In this document: in pieces, positions 58,215 to 64,000 of the stretch
Position numbering within the stretch: the first letter of the stretch is position 1
How the letters are laid out: every line of letters begins with the position of its first letter
Assembly: GCA_965140415.1 (NCBI GenBank)
Contig: OZ223209.1
Coordinates: 1,824,001-1,888,000, forward strand
DNA: 64,000 bases
DNA from: Myxococcota bacterium
GTDB taxonomy: Bacteria; Myxococcota_A; SURF-8
Direction: 5' to 3'
Position numbers and translations under genes: made by a program
Notes under the pieces: model-generated
Told to the model about the DNA's origin: nothing
The model's database searches: none
Seen by the model: only the letters and a program-made list of their open reading frames with translations

Positions 58215-59013
58215 TCGAGGACACCTTTTCCGGCTTGCGCCGCTTGTCTAGCTCGATACAAGCATAGGCGTTATGGTTGTGAATCGATTCGATATTTTCC
58301 GATTCCACCCGAAACCAGCGTACATTTGGATCGTCGCGCAGTACAACCCCGATCTCACGCACGACATCTTCCACAAAGCGGGGATTATCATACGCGCGCT
58401 CGGTTACGAATTTCTCATCCTCGCGCTTCAATAATGCGAACAATGGTCCACTGCCTGCCTGATCCACCAACTCGATCAAATCTTCCAGCCAGACGAAGCG
58501 CCGTACATCGACTTCCAACGTTACATGACCGCGCTGGTTATGCGCGCCACGCTCGGAAATCTCTTTAGAGCAGGGACAGACCGTAGTGATGGGAACCACT
58601 ACTTTCATGGTGAATGTCGCCCGGTCCTGCTCGTCGATGGTGCCATAGTAGCCCACATCGTAATCCATCAGCCCTTCCAGTCCACTGACCGGAGCCTGCT
58701 TGGTGGCGAAGTATGGAAATTCGATTTCAATATGCGCCGATTCCGCGTTGAGTCGCTTTTTGACTTCAAGCAAAATCGTTTCGAAATGCCGGATATCGAT
58801 CGAGCCGCGATATTCGTTTAGAATCTCGATGAAGCGGCTCATATGAGTGCCCTTGAACTGGTGCGGAAGATTTACATACGCGTTGATGCGAGCTACGGTG
58901 TGTTGCTCGCCACGGTTTTTATCCAGCACCGTAATCGGATAGCGCAGCCCCTTAACACCGACTTTGTCGATCGGCATGGAGCGATGATCGGGCATTTGTT
59001 GCACATCCTGCAC
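58204..59013 (-). CDS. folE2: GTP cyclohydrolase IB
   Basis: IDKVGVK, KGTHMSRF, TTVCPCSKEIS..GAHNQRG, KREDEK, ESIHNH. Confidence 0.97.
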   Translation of the reverse strand: MQDVQQMPDHRSMPIDKVGVKGLRYPITVLDKNRGEQHTVARINAYVNLPHQFKGTHMSRFIEILNEYRGSIDIRHFETILLEVKKRLNAESAHIEIEFPYFATKQAPVSGLEGLMDYDVGYYGTIDEQDRATFTMKVVVPITTVCPCSKEISERGAHNQRGHVTLEVDVRRFVWLEDLIELVDQAGSGPLFALLKREDEKFVTERAYDNPRFVEDVVREIGVVLRDDPNVRWFRVESENIESIHNHNAYACIELDKRRKPEKVSSNER

Positions 59014-59034
59014 CGGGCTTCTCCCTTTTCGATT

Positions 59035-59370
59035 CTAGCGCTCGCGCCAGTTGTCCTCCAGCCGTTCCGCCCGCTCGATAAGCGCCTGTACGCGCTTTCT
59101 TAATTCGACAAGTTCCTCTCTGCGAGGGATCTTGATTGCACGGATTTTCTGGGAAACGAATTCATCGAGTCGTTCTTCCCACATCGTGCGCGTTTTCGCC
59201 GAGCGCGTCAGCAAATCCTCAACAAGTCCAATGGCTTCTTCTTTGGAAATGCGCTCTTTTTCTTCCAACCATTTGACTGTCCGCCGAATCGTGCCTTCCG
59301 CATCGCGCCAAAACGCATAAGGCGCGGAGGCCAGATCGCTGAGCAGTTTTACAATCGGATCTTTGGACAT
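59035..59370 (-). CDS. Phasin-like coiled-coil protein
   Basis: ISKEEA..LVEDL, IPRREEL..L..RV..L. Confidence 0.65.
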   Translation of the reverse strand: MSKDPIVKLLSDLASAPYAFWRDAEGTIRRTVKWLEEKERISKEEAIGLVEDLLTRSAKTRTMWEERLDEFVSQKIRAIKIPRREELVELRKRVQALIERAERLEDNWRER

Positions 59371-59635
59371 AGACGGTACCTTCAAGCTGCGCATCCGGCA
59401 ATGAATAATCGAGAACCAAAATCAAAGCGGGAGAGATCATACTTCCTCTCTTTTGGATTGTAAAGGATTTTGCCGGAATGGGGATTGTTGGAAAAACCGA
59501 GTGGATTGATTAACATGTTGATAATACAATTATATCACGGGTTTTCACCCAAATTTGATGAGATTTGAAAACTGTAAAATGGCTTCGATGTATATAAGAG
59601 GTCGGATGAAACGGCACTGTTGATTGACGCATTTC

Positions 59636-60751
59636 CTAGTGAAGCAGGGCGCTTACAACATGTTCGATTTGAGTGGTTGTCAGGGCTGGAAATAACGGCA
59701 GGGTCAATACTCGATTACTGTAATTTTCTGTAATCTTTAATTTTGCATGGTTTAGACTTTCAAACTCGCTGAAGCGATGAATCGCCGGATAATGCACGCT
59801 GGTAAAAACACCTTGCGCCTTCATCGTTTCGATGCGCCTTCGGCGATTTTCGCCTTCGGGAAGCAGGATCGGAAAGATGTGAAACGAGCCGGATTGGCGC
59901 TGGGCAAAGGGAACCGTCAGGTTTCCTGTTTGGCTCAGCAATTCACGGTACTTCGAGGTGAGTAAACGTCGTTTCTCGTTTCGTTTTAACAGCTTAGGAA
60001 GTTGGATCCGTCCGATGGCGGCGCGTAATTCATCGAAACGATAATTGTACCCCAACTGGTTTACATCATACTGACCGGCGTGACCCACTTCGCGAGTACG
60101 AGTTTCTTCCGTCATGCCGTGACTGCGCAGTCGCCGTGCGCGCTCGGCTTGCTCTGCGTCGGAGCAGAGCAGCATGCCACCTTCTCCAGTGCTCAGATTC
60201 TTGTTTCCGTAAAAGGAGAAACATCCGAAATCGCCATAGCATCCCAGCATGCGCCCGTTTTCGTCTTTGCCGGGACCGTGAGCCGCATCTTCGATCACCA
60301 TTAACCCGTGCTGTTTCGCAAGTGCGAGTATTTCCGGCATATTGGCGGCATACCCGGCATAATGGACAACGATCACCGCCTTGGTTTGCGGTGTCAAGAC
60401 ACGTTCGATCGTTTTTACGTTAAGTAAGGGGGAGGTGAGCGATTCGATATCTGCAAATACGGGAGTCGCACCAACATAGCGTACGGCATTGGCGGTCGCC
60501 ACGAATGTCAGCGACGGCAGCACGACTTCGTCGCCCGGTCCCACATTTGCCAGTCGTAACGCCAGGTGCAGTGCTGCGGTACAACTTCCTACCGCCACGG
60601 CTTCATTATTTTCATGCAGCAGGGAGAATTCACGCTCGAAAGCTTGTACCTGTTCCCCTTGCGTCAACCAGCCCGAACGCAATACCGACAGTGCCGCCTG
60701 TTGTTCGGCGGGACCGAAACTTGTGTCGAACAGTGGAATACGCTCGGTCAT
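59636..60751 (-). CDS. DegT/DnrJ/EryC1/StrS sugar aminotransferase
   Basis: SGWLTQG, SCTAALH, TFVATANA, IEDAAH, FSFYGNKNLSTGEGG, GYNYR. Confidence 0.95.
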   Translation of the reverse strand: MTERIPLFDTSFGPAEQQAALSVLRSGWLTQGEQVQAFEREFSLLHENNEAVAVGSCTAALHLALRLANVGPGDEVVLPSLTFVATANAVRYVGATPVFADIESLTSPLLNVKTIERVLTPQTKAVIVVHYAGYAANMPEILALAKQHGLMVIEDAAHGPGKDENGRMLGCYGDFGCFSFYGNKNLSTGEGGMLLCSDAEQAERARRLRSHGMTEETRTREVGHAGQYDVNQLGYNYRFDELRAAIGRIQLPKLLKRNEKRRLLTSKYRELLSQTGNLTVPFAQRQSGSFHIFPILLPEGENRRRRIETMKAQGVFTSVHYPAIHRFSEFESLNHAKLKITENYSNRVLTLPLFPALTTTQIEHVVSALLH

Positions 60752-60771
60752 GAAAAGATTCCTTCGCCGGA

Positions 60772-61752
60772 TTACAAACCGTACTCCTGCGGACGATAAA
60801 GATCCAGATGGTCTCGTAGCCAGTCTGCGGTTTTCGCGATGCCATCTTCCAATGGTACTTCGACCTGCCAGCCGCAGTACTCCAGCGCAAAGGCCGGATT
60901 TGAAAGCAGCCTCATCACTTCACTGTTCATCGGTCGAATACGCTCTGCATCTTCCTCTATTTTCAGTTCCACCCCGATCGTTTCTGCACATAATGCGGCT
61001 AGATCGCCGATGGAAATCTCTCTACCGGTGCCGAGTTGTACTACACGTCCCAGTGCGACGTCGCTCATACCGACATCGATGATGCCGCTGGCGGTGTCGG
61101 TAACATAGGTCAAATCGCGAGTGGGTGCCAAAGCACCAAGATGCACCGTGCCGTCGTCGGAAAGCAGTTGAGTCAGAATGGTGGGAACCACCGCTCGCGT
61201 GGATTGTCTGGGTCCAAAGGTGTTGAAGGGTCGTACTACCACAACGGGTTGACCGAAACTGCGATAACAGGCAAGCGCCAGTTGATCGGCAGCGATTTTA
61301 CTGGCCGCATAAGGTGACTGGGCGTTTATCGGGTGTTCTTCGGTGATCGGAAGAAATTTTGCGGTGCCGTAGATTTCGCTTGTACTGATGCAGACCATTC
61401 TGCATCCGTTGGGTTGCTCGCGTGCCGCTTCCAGTATGTTAAGCGTGCCACCGACATTTGTCTCGATGTAAGAGGATGTCGCCATATAGCTGTAGGGAAT
61501 CGCGATCAGTGCTGCCAAGTGGAATACTGCATCGCAATCACGCATGATTTCACGCATGCGTCTTGGGTCGCGCACGTCGCCGGAAACGATTTCGATATCG
61601 CCGAGAATTTCCTTCGGCAGATCCGAAAGCCAGCCGATGGAACCGGCTGAGTTGTAATGCACCAGCGCCCGTACTTCATGATTTCTTGCGCACAGCTTTT
61701 CAACGACATGACTGCCGATGAAACCGCCTGCTCCCGTTACCAAAGCTTTCAT
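60772..61752 (-). CDS. NDP-sugar 4,6-dehydratase (LegB-like SDR)
   Basis: VTGAGGFIGSH, HLAALIAIPYSY, STSEIYG, QSPYAASK, RPFNTFGPRQS; ATG at 61752. Confidence 0.92.
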   Translation of the reverse strand: MKALVTGAGGFIGSHVVEKLCARNHEVRALVHYNSAGSIGWLSDLPKEILGDIEIVSGDVRDPRRMREIMRDCDAVFHLAALIAIPYSYMATSSYIETNVGGTLNILEAAREQPNGCRMVCISTSEIYGTAKFLPITEEHPINAQSPYAASKIAADQLALACYRSFGQPVVVVRPFNTFGPRQSTRAVVPTILTQLLSDDGTVHLGALAPTRDLTYVTDTASGIIDVGMSDVALGRVVQLGTGREISIGDLAALCAETIGVELKIEEDAERIRPMNSEVMRLLSNPAFALEYCGWQVEVPLEDGIAKTADWLRDHLDLYRPQEYGL

Positions 61753-62498
61753 GATTTTCTCCCGTTGGATCCATTCGGTGAAATGGAACCGGATAGAAAG
61801 CGCGCCGGATCGGCGGCAAATACTTCGTTGGCGCGTACATGGTCGCGCGGTGAGCCGATGTCCAGCCAGAGGTTGTCGGAGCGATACGCTTGTACAACTT
61901 CTCCTGCCTCGATCAGTTTGACCACCAGATCCGGGAAATCCAGGTGTTCGTTTTGCGGGATGTAGCTGAACACGCAAGGATCGTACACATAGATTCCCAT
62001 GCTGACCGAGTAATTAAGCCGAGGCTTTTCTTTGTAGCTGCGAATGCGTCCGGCGTTGTCTGCACCGATAACGCCCATGTCGATCTGTACGGCGCGTTCG
62101 CTGCTGGCGATAGTCAATGCTGCGTCGGAATGTTCGTGATAGACCATCAGGCGTCTGAAATCCATGTCGGTAAGGATGTCGCCGTTCAATACCAATAGCG
62201 GTTCTTCCGGCGGTGGTTGCAGCATCGATAGAGAACCGGCGGTACCCAGCGGTTGGGGCTCTTGCACGTAGGTTAGCGTCATACCGATGGGAACGCGCTC
62301 CGGCTGAAAGTAGGCGCGGATCAGGCTTTCAAGGTACCCGACGCTCAATACCACATCTGTAAAACCGGTTCTAGCCAACTGATTCAAGAGAATCTCGAGG
62401 ATCGGCACTTCTCCGATGGGAACCAGCGGTTTTGGTAGCACCATGGTATAGGGATACATGCGAACGCCCTGTCCGCCGGCCAGGATAAAAGCCTTCAT
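61749..62498 (-). CDS. Sugar-phosphate nucleotidyltransferase
   Basis: ILAGGQGVRM.PYT..LPKPL, PLGTAG, NGDILTD, EKP, WLDIG. Confidence 0.93.
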   Translation of the reverse strand: MKAFILAGGQGVRMYPYTMVLPKPLVPIGEVPILEILLNQLARTGFTDVVLSVGYLESLIRAYFQPERVPIGMTLTYVQEPQPLGTAGSLSMLQPPPEEPLLVLNGDILTDMDFRRLMVYHEHSDAALTIASSERAVQIDMGVIGADNAGRIRSYKEKPRLNYSVSMGIYVYDPCVFSYIPQNEHLDFPDLVVKLIEAGEVVQAYRSDNLWLDIGSPRDHVRANEVFAADPARFLSGSISPNGSNGRKS

Positions 62499-62564
62499 TA
62501 ATACTGTTCCTTCATGCTAAGGATTGGCTGAATAAACGAATCGCTGTCGATCCATCGCACGGTA

Positions 62565-63998
62565 TTACTTCTTGTCAAGTGCGGCTTTCAGTAGCTCGGC
62601 CATTCTTCCGCTTGCAATGACGTCACTCTTAACCTGGGAATCACGACCCGATTCCCTTTTGCGGTTACGACCGCCGCGTCCTTGTTGCCCAGGTCGGTTG
62701 CTACGATTACTCGACCTATCCGAGGGTCTACGCTCGTTCCGGCGCGATTCAGAGCGTTGTTCCGGCGGTTCGGGTAGTGTCTGTTTGCGAGATAGCCCGA
62801 TGCGCTTGCGTTGCACGTCCAATTCGATGACTTTAACGGAAATCGGATCGCCGGTTTTAAAGATCTGAGCTGGATCGGGAATGTATTGATGATCCAGTTC
62901 CGAGATGTGGATCATGCCGTCCTGGCCGATACCCAAATCAACGAATACCCCGAAATTGGTAACGTTTTTCACTTTTCCGCTTAACTGCATGCCGACATCG
63001 AGATCGTCGATGCGTCGGATTTCATCGGCGTAGGCATCCGCAGAGAAAGCCGGAATATCACGCTTGGCCGGTTCTGCCAGTTCTTGCAGAATCCACGTGA
63101 TAGCGTGTTCGCCCAATTCGGCAGTGGTATATTCCGCCGCTTTCAGATTGTCGAGAACCATACGATTGCCGATCAGGTCTGCCACCGCCAGGTTAGAGTC
63201 GGCAGCGATCTTTTGTACGACGGTTTCATGTTGCGGATGAACGCCGGTTGCGTCCAAGGGATTTTCCCCTTTCACACGTAAAAAGCCTGCTGCCTGATCG
63301 AGTTGTTCACCGGAGAGGCCATTGACTCGCGACAATTCCTGCCGTGTACCAAAAGCTCCGTTGGCGGTTCGGTCGGCAACAATGGCCTGCGAGGAAACGT
63401 CATCCAATCCGGGGATATAACGCAACGTTGTTGCATCGGCTTCATTCACGTCCACACCAAAGGCAACGGTCTTGGTGCGCACGGTATCGAGCAGGCGCTG
63501 TTTCAACCAGGGAGACTCGCTTTGGATAGGAGAGGTCCGCCCGAATTCCAAGGGGCCGACTGCCAGATACTGTTTAAGCGGATTTTGAAGACTACGCGCC
63601 AGGGCCAGTAATTGCCGGTGACGCACACTCCATTGTTGTGTTTCCGCTATGAAAACCGAACTGCCGGCCAGTGTTTTGCTGGATTCGGTATCCATTAGCA
63701 GCAGATAGCAACCCTCGACCTGCTTGTCCTGCAAGTAGCGTCGCAACAGCTTAAGACTATCCTTGTTTTTGCGATCTTTACGAACCGCCAGCGCTGCTGG
63801 GTGTTTGATTTCGCGTAACTCGTCCATCGCAGCAAACAGGGACGCTTGCATCTGCTCTGCTTCCGCGATTGGAACTTCTCGTTCTTCCACCAAATTCCCG
63901 TTTTCATCTACAAGAATCAGCAACAGGGCTTCCGGTCCACTGCCGTCCAGTGCGATGAGCGGAACATTTCCCAGTGGTGCTTGTTTTAATATCAAGTC
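62565..63998 (-). CDS. Tex-like protein (YqgF-like, HhH and S1 domains), 5' truncated by window edge
   Basis: GVDVN.A....L..IPGL, QAAGFLRV, NPLDATGVHP, S1 motif NVTNFGVFVDLGIGQDGMIHISEL. Confidence 0.88.
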   Translation of the reverse strand, partial: DLILKQAPLGNVPLIALDGSGPEALLLILVDENGNLVEEREVPIAEAEQMQASLFAAMDELREIKHPAALAVRKDRKNKDSLKLLRRYLQDKQVEGCYLLLMDTESSKTLAGSSVFIAETQQWSVRHRQLLALARSLQNPLKQYLAVGPLEFGRTSPIQSESPWLKQRLLDTVRTKTVAFGVDVNEADATTLRYIPGLDDVSSQAIVADRTANGAFGTRQELSRVNGLSGEQLDQAAGFLRVKGENPLDATGVHPQHETVVQKIAADSNLAVADLIGNRMVLDNLKAAEYTTAELGEHAITWILQELAEPAKRDIPAFSADAYADEIRRIDDLDVGMQLSGKVKNVTNFGVFVDLGIGQDGMIHISELDHQYIPDPAQIFKTGDPISVKVIELDVQRKRIGLSRKQTLPEPPEQRSESRRNERRPSDRSSNRSNRPGQQGRGGRNRKRESGRDSQVKSDVIASGRMAELLKAALDKK

Positions 63999-64000
63999 CA

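Noticed and set aside
1-64000. tRNA, rRNA, integrase, transposase, prophage or defence genes
   Set aside because: None recognised in intergenic regions or ORFs; checked by eye only, so a tRNAscan/Infernal run is still advisable.

Overview
Gene-dense bacterial chromosomal window. A MYXO-CTERM-like tail, a Myxococcus-type Cys repeat, a Tgl/PilW-like TPR lipoprotein and the mgtE-recO order suggest a Myxococcota/deltaproteobacterial lineage (inference). It holds about 50 CDS. Housekeeping genes: gyrB 3' end, rimO, panB, purC, maf, mutA-scpA-meaB, mntP, bcp, lepB, msbA-like, recO, mgtE and folE2. There is also a REC/HK/HDOD signalling block and a 3-gene amino-deoxysugar cluster. I saw no rRNA, tRNA, CRISPR array or transposase. 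Points of most interest: (1) seven unrelated exported proteins share Asp-Gly-Asp (DGD) tracts next to their membrane anchor, and the six lipoproteins among them have an acidic patch after the lipobox Cys, which may be a lineage-specific surface display or sorting system; one of them is a 721-aa protein with five 14-Cys repeats facing a TIGR02147-like HTH gene; (2) a SelW/Rdx selenoprotein missed by the ORF track (CxxU motif, in-frame TGA, SECIS-like hairpin); (3) an arcE-arcC-argF arginine-synthetase-type operon with a four-hairpin leader; (4) an RlmN-like radical SAM enzyme lacking the resolving Cys, behind a structured leader; (5) two families of REP/REPIN-like repeats. All calls are by eye; no database searches were run.
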